A DNA stretch of 64,000 nucleotides, from sequence record LC768500.1; one strand, 5' to 3'. This document shows positions 28,224-38,302 of the stretch, piece by piece (positions within the stretch are counted from its first letter, which is position 1; each line of letters starts with the position of its first letter). Both the position numbers and the translations under genes were made by a program. The notes beneath the pieces were generated by a model. It worked only from the letters and a program-made list of their open reading frames with translations, searched no databases and was not told where the DNA came from.

Positions 28224-28625
28224 ATGACCACTAAAGATAATAATCTGCTGGATAAACTGACCCAAGCGCTCAAAATCGACGTCTGTTCGCCAGAATATCA
28301 GCATGCGATCGGATTGCTTGATACACCACGGTATCGTGACAATGAACCCGATTACCTGATGTGTGCGCTGTGCGCTGCGTTCTCTAAAGATAATGGATTT
28401 AACCCTGTTGAGATTCCTGAAATTCTAGCGGTCTCTACAGCCATTATGTTACGTGAGTTCGTAGAGACCCGTAAGGAACCCACTAAATCGCAAATGACGA
28501 ATATTGCTAACGACCTCAATATTCGTTTTAATCGCGATGATTGTTTTACCATTCTTTTCGAAAACAAACAAAAGGTAGAAGATATTATCGTCGGTATTGA
28601 TTGGATCTCGTTGCTCAAGAAATAG
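28224..28625 (+). CDS. hypothetical protein in a monocistronic unit
   Basis: GAGGA SD; has its own AT-rich promoter region and terminator. Confidence 0.75.
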   Translation: MTTKDNNLLDKLTQALKIDVCSPEYQHAIGLLDTPRYRDNEPDYLMCALCAAFSKDNGFNPVEIPEILAVSTAIMLREFVETRKEPTKSQMTNIANDLNIRFNRDDCFTILFENKQKVEDIIVGIDWISLLKK

Positions 28626-28658
28626 TTTATACCCGCTCCTATCTGGAGCGGGTATAAA
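28626..28658. terminator. palindromic terminator
   Basis: TTTATACCCGCTCC/GGAGCGGGTATAAA. Confidence 0.75.
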
Positions 28659-28816
28659 TGGAATATTTATTTTTTACTTGTATATTTTTATGAATCTTTA
28701 ATATCTAAGTGTAAAATGAAACAGTCATTAGTCTTATATGGTTGTTTTTTCCTAACCGAGAAAATGGATGTTCTCGGTCTTTTTTAATATGGAATATAAT
28801 TTTAGGAAATCTGATC

Positions 28817-29233
28817 ATGAAAAATATTTTTATCGCTCTCTCTCTGTTCGTTTTCTCTTTCTCTGTACTGGCTGAAGATTTTGTCTGTAAGACAGAAGCC
28901 TATGTCGCTGATCCGAAAGGAACTGATCCGGCCGTAATAACCCATGGCGTTTACAGCTTTGATTATAATCGCGCTACCGACGTTTTAACCAAAATCGATG
29001 GTAAGAAAGATGACTTCGCAGTCCCTACCTTTGCGGTAGGTAAAGACGACAAAGGCATCACCGTCCGAGTGGGGTATAAAGGCAAAATGGTATATTGGTT
29101 TGGGTTTAACGGCCGGGCTATCGATTCCGTCATTCTGGCGGAACATAAAACCATGATAACCCGAGATTCTTTTAAAGGGGACGCTATGGCGAAAACAGTT
29201 TATTTGAAAATGTACAGCGACTGTTCTTATTAA
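28817..29233 (+). CDS. secreted/periplasmic protein
   Basis: ATG at 28817; signal peptide MKNIFIALSLFVFSFSVLA. Confidence 0.7.
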   Translation: MKNIFIALSLFVFSFSVLAEDFVCKTEAYVADPKGTDPAVITHGVYSFDYNRATDVLTKIDGKKDDFAVPTFAVGKDDKGITVRVGYKGKMVYWFGFNGRAIDSVILAEHKTMITRDSFKGDAMAKTVYLKMYSDCSY

Positions 29234-29242
29234 GGGACGACG

Positions 29243-29938
29243 ATGAAAAGAAATGTGTTTGTCGAAATGCTCGACAACGGAGTGAGGATAAGAGCGCTTT
29301 CAGAAGATGCTAAAACCACACTGATCGACCACACGTTCACCACTCAATCGTTGTTGACTTCCGAACAGTTTCGACGCCTAGTGGACATCGCAGAAGAGAA
29401 TTGGGAGATCGAAAGTCAGTTTAGAAGATCTGTCCAGCTGTGTGTCCACTGGGGTGTGGTTACCAAGGAAATCGTCGACGGGTTAACTGAATACATCGGC
29501 GATCGTAAAGTTGCTGAACTGGGTTGCGGGCACGGTTATCTTCTTTCTTGTTTAAAAGAAAAAGGAGTCGATATCCGAGGATACGACCTGGGGATCGAAT
29601 CAGGAGAGGCCGAAGAATGGTTGGGTTCCAAAATCGTAACCGATAAGAAACATCATTTGTTTGCTTCTTATACTTCGGGTAATTATAACGAACTCTCGTT
29701 CGATTATTACGATATCATTCTCATGGTCTGGCCTCGTAATGCCGATCAAGCATTACTCAAAATGAAGCCTGGGCAGACGCTCATTCTTATCGGGGAATTG
29801 GACGGCTGCACCGGAGGTCCTCTTCAAGAGAGGATTTTGAATGAGCGTTTTGAAGTCATAGAAGAAAATTTCTTAGGGAAGCATTATATCCGCTGGGATG
29901 GACTGCACGACAAGATTAACATTTATCGTAAAAACTGA
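29243..29938 (+). CDS. class I SAM-dependent methyltransferase-like protein
   Basis: VAELGCGHGYL motif I; IRGYD. Confidence 0.65.
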   Translation: MKRNVFVEMLDNGVRIRALSEDAKTTLIDHTFTTQSLLTSEQFRRLVDIAEENWEIESQFRRSVQLCVHWGVVTKEIVDGLTEYIGDRKVAELGCGHGYLLSCLKEKGVDIRGYDLGIESGEAEEWLGSKIVTDKKHHLFASYTSGNYNELSFDYYDIILMVWPRNADQALLKMKPGQTLILIGELDGCTGGPLQERILNERFEVIEENFLGKHYIRWDGLHDKINIYRKN

Positions 29939-29965
29939 CATCAACTTTATTTAGGGAAACGTATC

Positions 29966-30421
29966 ATGTCATTACTGAAAAACATCGTTATTAAATCTTC
30001 TTCTATTTCCGCCATCTGTGGGATTCCGACTTATAAGGATAAACCTTGCGCTTACACCAACGTGGGGTTCAATCGCAAACTTTACGGTACTGGTGTGGAC
30101 TACGTCCTCGATAATTCGGATGGGATCCTCAAACAAACTAATCTGGATGAAGCCAGTTCTGATCAGCCGACTAAACTTAACGGTGTTTTCGTTATTAAAC
30201 ACATGACTGGGTTGGTTGACGGCAATTCCTGCGTAATCGGGGTTAAGGACGACGTCATCCTTTGCGTGGCGGACAACAAAGGACTTATCTGGACCCACCC
30301 CACTCACTCCACGATGACCATTCAGGATGAGTGCCTCAAAGAGGTGATGACCCCCGACGGATTCGAGCAGTATAAGTTGGGTCGTAAACGTCGCTTCTCT
30401 GACGATCTGGCTTTCTTTTAA
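29966..30421 (+). CDS. hypothetical protein
   Basis: TTTAGGG..ATCATG leader. Confidence 0.7.
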   Translation: MSLLKNIVIKSSSISAICGIPTYKDKPCAYTNVGFNRKLYGTGVDYVLDNSDGILKQTNLDEASSDQPTKLNGVFVIKHMTGLVDGNSCVIGVKDDVILCVADNKGLIWTHPTHSTMTIQDECLKEVMTPDGFEQYKLGRKRRFSDDLAFF

Positions 30422-30493
30422 AGGGAGTCGTTCCAGAAACGAAATAACTTGATCGGGAGGAAACTCCCGATTGATAAATTAGGAAACCGCGCC

Positions 30494-30958
30494 ATGTCCA
30501 ATATTTTTGAAGCTAAGACTTATATCGAAATCGTTTCTTGTTCTGATGACGAGGTGATTCTTAAAGATACTCGCCATGACGGGATCTTGAAAATTAAATG
30601 TCTCGGTGATTTAAAAGGAACGACTATCCGTTCTGAAATTCAGAACGCCTTTATTTACGGTAATCTGTTGCTGAGAATCAAAGGAGAAAATACTTTCTTC
30701 TGCAAAGAAGGGTTTGACCTATCAGGTAACGTTCAAATCCATAACGTTGTTCTTCTCGACCCTATTTTAGAAGACACTTCTCTGATCGACGTTGAACTCC
30801 CTAATACAGAGTTAAGCGTCCGTTTTGCTTCTCTTGAAAATGTCCCTCCTTATAAAGGACCCAAGAAAATTACCTTGGCGTACGGACTGTATGCAGGAAG
30901 CGATCTTTGTGGCTCTTTAGACATTAACCGTATTAACGGATCGAATGTAAGAGCCTAA
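30494..30958 (+). CDS. hypothetical protein
   Basis: ATG at 30494 after AGGA. Confidence 0.65.
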   Translation: MSNIFEAKTYIEIVSCSDDEVILKDTRHDGILKIKCLGDLKGTTIRSEIQNAFIYGNLLLRIKGENTFFCKEGFDLSGNVQIHNVVLLDPILEDTSLIDVELPNTELSVRFASLENVPPYKGPKKITLAYGLYAGSDLCGSLDINRINGSNVRA

Positions 30959-30986
30959 AAAAATATTTGTATTACAGGAGATCGAA

Positions 30987-31379
30987 ATGATCACAGTTGA
31001 TTTAACAATGGGTCGTGTGACTCGTCTGGGTCTAATCATCAACAGGATTCAAAATTATCCTCGTCGTAAGGACCTCAAAGATTTAGCCCCGCTATTTATC
31101 TTTGATGAAACCAATTGGTTTTACCCGCGTTGCGAAATAAAGTGGAATAACCCGGAAACCTTAATCACCTGGCTGGGGTTGGTGGCTGACGAATTTCCCG
31201 AAGTCGGTGAAGAAGTCGAATTGATCGTTCGTGCGATCGAGGGTAAAACGTCCGGTCGGGTCAGTGCTTTTGATTTACTCAATACCCCCACTCACCAACA
31301 CCTTCTCCTGGTTTGGGATATCCATGAGAAAAAGACAACGGTTAAACATCCCGGCGGAGACCACCCCTTCTTTAAATAA
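30987..31379 (+). CDS. hypothetical protein
   Basis: AGGAG SD. Confidence 0.65.
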   Translation: MITVDLTMGRVTRLGLIINRIQNYPRRKDLKDLAPLFIFDETNWFYPRCEIKWNNPETLITWLGLVADEFPEVGEEVELIVRAIEGKTSGRVSAFDLLNTPTHQHLLLVWDIHEKKTTVKHPGGDHPFFK

Positions 31380-31405
31380 TCCGTTTTTCTTTAGGAATAA
31401 ACATC

Positions 31406-32050
31406 ATGGCAACTCCACGTAAAAAGAAACCCGCAACAAAAAACCGCATGACTTTCGAACAAAAACGTCTGTCTGAAATCATTAAGAAAGTCTATCACGA
31501 GCTCTATTTTGTCGGTGCATCTTTCTATAAACCTACGGCGGTTAACGCCAATAAACTCTTCTTGGGGGCGCAGGGCAAGGAAGTGCATACCGCCAGGAGA
31601 ATTCTATTAGATCATTTGATCAGCCTTAAGACGAACTGGCCTTTATGGGTTGGGTGTTTCTTCAATACCCCTAATGGAATCTCTGTAGCTACCGCAGACT
31701 CTTTATGGGAAAATGAGACGATGTTATCCTTCGGGGGTCAGTTTCATAAAAGGATCGATAGTATCGTGGATGGAATTATCGAAGCAGAGGCTGATGCTGA
31801 TTGCACTCGGGAAACGTTGATAGGATACGGGTACTTCTTTAGTCACTGCGATGTCTACAACATGTCCGGGACGGACGAACGTTTAGTAAAACTGATGCTC
31901 CCCTATATGGATGGGTATTTGGCTAAAGAAGTTAAACCAGAAGACGTCGTCGTTAGCACAGACCTTTTGATCGAATCAATAGTCAAACGCGGTGGGGTGG
32001 CTAAAGATGGCAAAATCGAAGAATACATCGAGGTGTCGGAGGAGTGGTGA
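31406..32050 (+). CDS. hypothetical protein
   Basis: TTTAGGAATAAACATCATG leader, 214 aa. Confidence 0.75.
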   Translation: MATPRKKKPATKNRMTFEQKRLSEIIKKVYHELYFVGASFYKPTAVNANKLFLGAQGKEVHTARRILLDHLISLKTNWPLWVGCFFNTPNGISVATADSLWENETMLSFGGQFHKRIDSIVDGIIEAEADADCTRETLIGYGYFFSHCDVYNMSGTDERLVKLMLPYMDGYLAKEVKPEDVVVSTDLLIESIVKRGGVAKDGKIEEYIEVSEEW

Positions 32051-32598
32051 AACGATTATACCTGTTACTCATTTTGCTCGGATTAAGTTTTAGTAGTTTG
32101 GCCAGAGTCGACATCGTCCTGGTCTGTAACAAAGTTGGAGAGACCAAAGGAACTGGGGTTGTTAAACCGACTCTTTACAACACCGATATTAATTATTTTA
32201 TAATTTCCAAAAATAAAATCTCGTTACTCAATGGGCGTTATGGCGGTGTTCTTATGGGACTCCCTTTTTTCCTTTTTCGTGATAAAGGAAAAATAGAGGG
32301 CGGTGGTTCTGCCGGGTACGATAAGATCGATCTCGGTTTTACTAATGGTGACCTCGTCATAAACCTCACTAGGTTCACGAAATTCATAGCGACCCCGGAT
32401 AACAAAGAGAACAAAGTAGATAAAACGATTGAGTTCTCAGAATGTTATATTTTGGATCGGATTATCACGCCTGATGTAAAAGAAGCCGTACCTTTCTCTG
32501 AAACCGATAATAGTGATGTTAAAGGCAGAAGAGGCCCTAGACCAGGTCCGGCTAATCCAGGCGGTCACCCCAACGGTCCTCCAGGACCACCCCGTTAA
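32044..32598 (+). CDS. secreted protein with Pro/Gly tail
   Basis: Signal peptide; PRPGPANPGGHPNGPPGPPR. Confidence 0.65.
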   Translation: MVKRLYLLLILLGLSFSSLARVDIVLVCNKVGETKGTGVVKPTLYNTDINYFIISKNKISLLNGRYGGVLMGLPFFLFRDKGKIEGGGSAGYDKIDLGFTNGDLVINLTRFTKFIATPDNKENKVDKTIEFSECYILDRIITPDVKEAVPFSETDNSDVKGRRGPRPGPANPGGHPNGPPGPPR

Positions 32599-32616
32599 TT
32601 ACTCAAAGGAAATATC

Positions 32617-33234
32617 GTGGAAAAAACTATTTTTGACAAGATCGTCGACTGGTCTACTGAACGTAATATCATCACCGCGGGCAAGCCTTCCGGCCAAGTC
32701 CTTAAAGTCATGGAAGAAATGGGGGAAATCGCGGGCGGCGTTGCTCGCAATAAACTCGATTTGATCAAAGATGCCGTAGGTGATGTTTTGGTCATCATGA
32801 CCAACGTCGCTAAGATGTACGGGGTTGAACCGTCTTCTGTTATTACCTTTGACGAAGATGAACGAGGAGGGCATTTTGTATGGGCGGCGGGCACGATTAG
32901 CTTGATCGCGGATATGTACGCCTTTTGGGGAGAAGCCTTTAGCCTCGTAGAAGAGTACGACGTCGAGCGCAATTTTACCGACCTAGACGCCGTCTATTAT
33001 CCGGTGCTCAACATCCTTTATGAAATCTCCCGCCGTTATAACTTTACGTTGCAGGAAGCCATCGAAGCGTCTTACGACGAGATTAAAGATCGTAAGGGAG
33101 TTTTCTATAACGACGTCTTTGTTAAAGAAGCTGACTTCACTCCAGCTTGGGCGGTTGAGACGTTAGCGGATAAAGGTCTGTCGATGTCGGCTCGCGGATA
33201 TCTCTCCCATTGGTTGGCGAGACAAGCCGGTTAG
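32617..33234 (+). CDS. MazG-like nucleotide pyrophosphohydrolase
   Basis: KVMEEMGEIA..IKDAVGDVLV EExxE..ExxD-type motif; YDEIKDRKG. Confidence 0.8.
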   Translation: MEKTIFDKIVDWSTERNIITAGKPSGQVLKVMEEMGEIAGGVARNKLDLIKDAVGDVLVIMTNVAKMYGVEPSSVITFDEDERGGHFVWAAGTISLIADMYAFWGEAFSLVEEYDVERNFTDLDAVYYPVLNILYEISRRYNFTLQEAIEASYDEIKDRKGVFYNDVFVKEADFTPAWAVETLADKGLSMSARGYLSHWLARQAG

Positions 33235-33280
33235 TAATCTTTGTGGGTGGGGCTTCCCACCCCCTATTTAGGAGAAAATT

Positions 33281-33556
33281 ATGGCTCAGGCGCCATCCAT
33301 AGTTTATTATGCTGCACGCACCACACCGACGGGAATTCTTTTGGTTGGTCAGGATCCTGACACCAAAGAGGTTCGTAAGTTCGATGTACCTAAAGATAAG
33401 CTGAACGCCAAATTAGGCGAGAAGTTTCGTTTGAGTTTCGGGGAGTTTCTCAGGGAAGATGAGCCTGACCCGATTATCTTCAGGGTTCATGATCTGAGTA
33501 AACCCAAAAAGAAACTCAATCCAAATAAGAAACATGCTAAAAGGAAAAGAAAATGA
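33281..33556 (+). CDS. hypothetical protein
   Basis: AGGAG SD after hairpin 33245-33262. Confidence 0.65.
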   Translation: MAQAPSIVYYAARTTPTGILLVGQDPDTKEVRKFDVPKDKLNAKLGEKFRLSFGEFLREDEPDPIIFRVHDLSKPKKKLNPNKKHAKRKRK

Positions 33557-33693
33557 TCACGGAGATAGTAACTATCGTACTATGTTACTTCGCCGGAGGG
33601 TGGTTTTTACATTTACTCTGGTGGCGTAATCAGAGAGCCCCAAAAGAAGGCTACGTCAAAACGTTATTCAAAGCCTGGCTTAGTCCTATATGA
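33553..33693 (+). CDS. 46 aa membrane peptide (not in track)
   Basis: ATGA overlap with upstream stop; hydrophobic N-terminus. Confidence 0.45.
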   Translation: MITEIVTIVLCYFAGGWFLHLLWWRNQRAPKEGYVKTLFKAWLSPI

Positions 33694-33764
33694 CATCTGT
33701 TTATTCTTATCGGCCATGCGTTTAAACGGGTAACTGAATTCTTTTTGGAAATCTTTAAGTAGTC

Positions 33765-33989
33765 ATGTTAGAGTTTAAAATTAAATGTGTCAGAGGAAGA
33801 CGGATGTATAAACTGTTTTCCTTTTTAAGGGAAGTTCTTTACGGGAGAGGGGTGATTTCTTCTACAGCGATTGACTGGGAGTTGGGAGAAATCACTTTGA
33901 GTATCTTTGCGCCGGGAGAAGAAGAAACACTGACAGAAGAAATAAAACAGTATTGCGAACAACACAGCTCATTGACTTTTCTATCCTAG
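33765..33989 (+). CDS. hypothetical protein
   Basis: 74 aa ORF. Confidence 0.5.
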   Translation: MLEFKIKCVRGRRMYKLFSFLREVLYGRGVISSTAIDWELGEITLSIFAPGEEETLTEEIKQYCEQHSSLTFLS

Positions 33990-34013
33990 TCTATCTTTTT
34001 AGGAATTAACATC

Positions 34014-34262
34014 ATGATGAATAGGTTGAAGTTAAGACTAAAGAAAAACCTTTCTAAGACCTATCGACAATCCATTAGGTTTGAATCAGATTACCGTTAT
34101 AGGGTTATCGACCTCGGCAATCATTTTCGTATTGAGAAAAGGATCTCTGGATATTGGATATTTGCGCACTGGATGCGTTTACCGGTTATTTTTAATACCT
34201 ACGACAGGGCTAAGAATAAGATCATTATTCTCGGCATTCATCACACGTTTAAACTCAACTAA
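34014..34262 (+). CDS. hypothetical protein
   Basis: 23 nt leader identical to 47848-47870. Confidence 0.65.
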   Translation: MMNRLKLRLKKNLSKTYRQSIRFESDYRYRVIDLGNHFRIEKRISGYWIFAHWMRLPVIFNTYDRAKNKIIILGIHHTFKLN

Positions 34263-34292
34263 TCGATTCACTACTAATTAAGGAAACAAAAA

Positions 34293-34715
34293 ATGTACTT
34301 ATGGTTATTTCGTATTTTAATGGTGATTGCTGTCGCGCTCAATCTTTATGGGACGTCTATTGGTAGCGAACAAATCGTTTCGTTCGCCGACTGGTTATTT
34401 TTACTCTTCACATCATTCACGATAGGTTGTGTTATCGCTTTGTGTTTAGTTTACGCCACCCTATTCGCAGCGGGCCAAAAGGTCAAAGATATGGCTAAGA
34501 ATATCTTAGCTAAAAATGAAGAACGCAAGAAAAAATCATGGTACGGTCTCAGGGTATGTGTCGGTCGTATCTGGGTATTTGGTTTCATGGCGTTTATGGC
34601 TTACTCAGGTTCACCTATTTTGGCTACGCTCAGCATCGTCTTCGTATTGATGTCATATGGGCTGAGTTCTTTGATCATGACAAAGGTAAAAGACGTTGTC
34701 GCTAAGGAGATTTAA
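34293..34715 (+). CDS. membrane protein
   Basis: Four hydrophobic segments. Confidence 0.7.
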   Translation: MYLWLFRILMVIAVALNLYGTSIGSEQIVSFADWLFLLFTSFTIGCVIALCLVYATLFAAGQKVKDMAKNILAKNEERKKKSWYGLRVCVGRIWVFGFMAFMAYSGSPILATLSIVFVLMSYGLSSLIMTKVKDVVAKEI

Positions 34716-34963
34716 TGGAGAATATCTCTTTCGGTGATTACCGAAGATCATTGGGGCTAACCAGGACCAATCCTAAGACCGATAAAGAATTCTCCGTTCC
34801 TGATCACGCAGAACGCGTTTACGAGATTCCCACGGAGATTGATGTTATCGAGGGCGGCGTAAAGCTTGAGTACATCAATGGAAAGGGCCACGTGTATGCG
34901 ACATATCGCTGGATCGGCGACATGGGTTGGTGGCGCTGGGAAAGCAGAAATAAACCAAATTAA
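34715..34963 (+). CDS. hypothetical protein
   Basis: Coupled start. Confidence 0.6.
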   Translation: MENISFGDYRRSLGLTRTNPKTDKEFSVPDHAERVYEIPTEIDVIEGGVKLEYINGKGHVYATYRWIGDMGWWRWESRNKPN

Positions 34964-34977
34964 CTTTAGGGAATATC

Positions 34978-35430
34978 ATGGCTAACGAATTCAACATTAA
35001 CGGTAAAAGTATCAATGTGCCTTCAGGCGCGTCCATCAGTTTCTCCAATGGCGAACTGTTAATTAACGGCAAACCTCCTTCAGAGATTGAGCCTGGTCAG
35101 AACATCACAGTTAATATCATTGTGCAGGGCTCTGCTACGAAAATCGATATCGGATCAGGGACTGTCACTGTCAATGGATCGGCCGGGGAAATAAAAACAG
35201 CATCCGGCAACGTCAATGTCCAAGGTAATTGCGAGGGTCAGATAACCACCGCATCGGGTGATGTGGATGTTGGCCAGGAAGCAAGAAACGGAATAAAAAC
35301 TGCTTCTGGTAACGTGACCGCAAAGACTATAAAGGGAAACGTTGAAACTTCTTCCGGAGATATTCAAGCTGATCAGATCGCCGGTAATGTTAAAACGACT
35401 TTCGGTACGATAAAACCCCCTCATGGATAA
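34978..35430 (+). CDS. DUF4097-like beta-strand repeat protein
   Basis: Repeated I-x-T-A-S-G-x-V units. Confidence 0.8.
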   Translation: MANEFNINGKSINVPSGASISFSNGELLINGKPPSEIEPGQNITVNIIVQGSATKIDIGSGTVTVNGSAGEIKTASGNVNVQGNCEGQITTASGDVDVGQEARNGIKTASGNVTAKTIKGNVETSSGDIQADQIAGNVKTTFGTIKPPHG

Positions 35431-35436
35431 ACCATT

Positions 35437-35470
35437 TATACTCCTACGGCTTAATCGCCGTAGGAGTATA
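35437..35470. terminator. CTCCTAC-family palindrome
   Basis: TATACTCCTACGGC/GCCGTAGGAGTATA. Confidence 0.75.
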
Positions 35471-35523
35471 TTTAAACGGTTATTTTTAGTTATTGAACTT
35501 CTCTTCCCTTTTAAGGATTATCT

Positions 35524-36387
35524 ATGAATTTTCAATCTTTGAAGAAACTCGTCGGCCCGATTGAGTTATCTTGCATATCCTTCTGTTTGCTATTTATGAT
35601 ATTTAATCTACCGGCGGCTCAGGAGTCGTGGTTAATCTCCGCGGTATGTTATTTGGCTTTATTGTTCTCTGCCAGTTGGTTATTCGAAGCGACAGGCTGT
35701 GTTCTGTGTTATAAAACGGAAGGCGGGTATGATGACAAACACGATCTAGAACATGTAGAGAACGTATTGCGCGCCGACCTTAGTTCTAAAGAGTGGTCTG
35801 CATTAACAGCGTGGCGAGTTCTAGTCGGGGTGGTTGTTCTGTTAGGGCTGGGAATATGGTACGGGGTGGGTTATTTCACCATGTTCTTTGCATCGCAGGG
35901 ATTAGGTTTGCTTGTCAAAACCTATTACGATGATTGGAAGAAAAACAACCAACCGTTATTAGAGAACGCCCGTAAAGAATTCCTTTTAGCTATTCAAGAT
36001 GAAGGTGCTATTCTCAGCGGGGCTGTTTTTATTAAAGGTCGGGGATCCTTCATTCTTAAGAAAGGATATAACGCGGCCGAATTTGACGCCATGCTAGATT
36101 GGTTAGATTTCGATTATGACCAAGAAGCATTAGAAGACGGATTCATGATGATCCAGGGCTTCTTCGAACTTCAAGACAACTATCAAATCCAGCGTTATTG
36201 GGATGGGGAAGTTGGAGAATGTTGGGTGGTATTTAAGTACCATGATTTAAGTACCATAACCGATCCGTTAACCTTATCGGCTGCGTTATTAACCGATAAT
36301 GAATTCGTAGAAGAATTCGAAGAATATCTTAAACAGCATCCAGAAGAAATAGGATTAGAAAATGAAACCGATCGAACCGGGCTGTAA
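35524..36387 (+). CDS. membrane protein with acidic C-terminal domain
   Basis: TM helices followed by LDFDYD..RYWDGE..W. Confidence 0.7.
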   Translation: MNFQSLKKLVGPIELSCISFCLLFMIFNLPAAQESWLISAVCYLALLFSASWLFEATGCVLCYKTEGGYDDKHDLEHVENVLRADLSSKEWSALTAWRVLVGVVVLLGLGIWYGVGYFTMFFASQGLGLLVKTYYDDWKKNNQPLLENARKEFLLAIQDEGAILSGAVFIKGRGSFILKKGYNAAEFDAMLDWLDFDYDQEALEDGFMMIQGFFELQDNYQIQRYWDGEVGECWVVFKYHDLSTITDPLTLSAALLTDNEFVEEFEEYLKQHPEEIGLENETDRTGL

Positions 36388-36787
36388 ATGTGTTATTGTA
36401 GCTGACAAATATACTCCTGAGAATGTCGGTAAGGTCGTTACGGTTATAAATCGTTACGGTCAGGGAAGTTTCTTCATATTTAAATACCCCGACGGAATTA
36501 CCGCGGGCGGATCGATCGACTCTCCCGCTTGGAGTGTTGTCGAGCAAATTGCTATGAGACTCATACCGCACGGGTCCTCACCTCTGGTGGTTCGTCGCAT
36601 CGTCGATCTTTGCGGATCCAATGGGAAAATAAATGGGTTGGTGGGGGAACACAGACTTATGCGTATCGATGGGGAAGACTTCGACGATAATCCTTATCAG
36701 GAGAAGAAACCCGTCTCCGACACACTAACTGAATTACAAACAAAATGGTTGGAGTCCCCTCAGGTCTGGGACCAATTCTCTTCTTAA
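36362..36787 (+). CDS. hypothetical protein
   Basis: 141 aa ORF. Confidence 0.65.
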   Translation: MKPIEPGCKCVIVADKYTPENVGKVVTVINRYGQGSFFIFKYPDGITAGGSIDSPAWSVVEQIAMRLIPHGSSPLVVRRIVDLCGSNGKINGLVGEHRLMRIDGEDFDDNPYQEKKPVSDTLTELQTKWLESPQVWDQFSS

Positions 36788-36809
36788 TCACTTATTCTTT
36801 GGAGTCGCT

Positions 36810-37067
36810 ATGAATTTCTTATGGGCCTTTCTTGGGTTTTTACTTATTTCCATTGTTGTTACAGTGGTTCTGGAAGTTAAGCGAGCGGGCGGTAAACCTA
36901 TTCCTAAGTTATCGTGGAAGAAGGGATCCTTCCCAGCAATGCCTTTCATCTCCTTTATCTTTGGGTGTTTGTTGGGTCAATACCAGAATATCTGGGTCTG
37001 TTTAATTGGACTCGCTCTAGTCGTGGTGTTACTAAAAACTGACTTCTTCTTCGAAGAAAAAGACTGA
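36810..37067 (+). CDS. membrane protein
   Basis: Three hydrophobic segments; GGAG SD. Confidence 0.65.
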   Translation: MNFLWAFLGFLLISIVVTVVLEVKRAGGKPIPKLSWKKGSFPAMPFISFIFGCLLGQYQNIWVCLIGLALVVVLLKTDFFFEEKD

Positions 37068-37070
37068 CTC

Positions 37071-37102
37071 TATAGGGCTAGCAAAAGCTAGCCCTATATT
37101 AC
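37071..37102 (+). promoter_or_regulatory. hairpin fused to an exact TATATTAC early promoter motif
   Basis: 12 bp stem at 37071-37098; TATATTAC at 37095-37102 (phiKZ vRNAP consensus). Confidence 0.6.
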
Positions 37103-37135
37103 TTTTATGAATACCCAACTTTAGGAATCAAAATC

Positions 37136-37717
37136 ATGATGAATCAATTAAAGGATTGGATCGATTACTCTTCTTACTGGAATACGTATAACCGTGTCCT
37201 TCTTCGTAAGGGAGGGATGTACACCGAACAGATCGAACTGGAGCTCACCCCAATTAACGACGAGTGGGACGAAGTTAAACTCTGTAAAATCCGTAAGCAT
37301 CGTACGAGCATGGGACCGGGGGATAAAATTAGTCATCATCTCCATCCTGACATCTTTGCATTGATGGAAGAGAAGCTAGGGTATTATTTAGCCCATTTCA
37401 TCTTTCACTACGATATCTACACTAAGCTAACCAATTACGATGCGAGAAGATACTGGTACTTGCTCGATCGCTATGTCTTTAATGGTGGAGGTGGGATACC
37501 TCTGGTGCTGATAGACCCAAACTTTGATTTGCTGAGAGAGGATTGGGCTAAAGGCACTTCCTCGGCGTACACTGATGCAAAACAACGCATTATGGATAAA
37601 TTGAACATAGGTTTAGATCAGGTCAACGATCTGAAATTTCACGACATTTTAAGGCGTTTAGACGCCAACGATCATACGCCGTTTAGAACGGGTGTCATGA
37701 GTTGGGCGGGGGTTTAA
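37136..37717 (+). CDS. hypothetical protein
   Basis: TTTAGGA..ATCATG leader. Confidence 0.7.
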   Translation: MMNQLKDWIDYSSYWNTYNRVLLRKGGMYTEQIELELTPINDEWDEVKLCKIRKHRTSMGPGDKISHHLHPDIFALMEEKLGYYLAHFIFHYDIYTKLTNYDARRYWYLLDRYVFNGGGGIPLVLIDPNFDLLREDWAKGTSSAYTDAKQRIMDKLNIGLDQVNDLKFHDILRRLDANDHTPFRTGVMSWAGV

Positions 37718-37720
37718 TAA

Positions 37721-37963
37721 ATGAATCTTTATTTAGTAGAAGATCGAGCTATAGATTATAACGATTACGACGCCTATGTCAGTGCGGTGGTCGCGGCAAG
37801 CTCCGAAGAAGAAGCGAGAGAAACCCGTCACGGCCATCCGGTTTTTAACCCAAATGTAAAAATCCACTGGGTGAGTGATAAAGAACAATTAGCCGTTCGT
37901 TTAATCGGAACCTGTATAGATGAACAGACCGGCGTTATCGACGCTGATTTTAATGCAGGTTGA
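37721..37963 (+). CDS. small acidic phage protein, related to 41438..41740
   Basis: MNLYLV..VVAA.SEEEA vs MNVYLV..VVVAENS. Confidence 0.65.
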   Translation: MNLYLVEDRAIDYNDYDAYVSAVVAASSEEEARETRHGHPVFNPNVKIHWVSDKEQLAVRLIGTCIDEQTGVIDADFNAG

Positions 37964-37996
37964 TGTATTCACAGAAAATAAAATGTCGAATAGGAG

Positions 37997-38272
37997 TTGG
38001 TTATGTCTAAAGTATCAGCCAGCCCAACAAAGAGTTTGGGGTTATTGGTTGAAATCAAATCATTAATCAATGATGAACCATGTGCATCCGCCGAAGTCAT
38101 TGAGACTGACCTGGGGTGGATTGTTGAGTTTAAAACCAAAGCCGGTGTGAAGGTACTTGCTTCTACAAGAAATCCGTATCACCCCAAACTTTACAATTCC
38201 CCCAATGCAGCTTTGAATACGATCAAGTCTCTGGGCCTAGCCGAGACTAAAGTATTTTTTCTTAAGTCTTAG
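37997..38272 (+). CDS. small protein, tandem paralog A1
   Basis: GW.VEFKT..G...S.+N.Y.PK shared with the next gene. Confidence 0.7.
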   Translation: MVMSKVSASPTKSLGLLVEIKSLINDEPCASAEVIETDLGWIVEFKTKAGVKVLASTRNPYHPKLYNSPNAALNTIKSLGLAETKVFFLKS

Positions 38273-38302
38273 GATCCAGGCTAGGTTTATTAAGGAAAGC
38301 AA

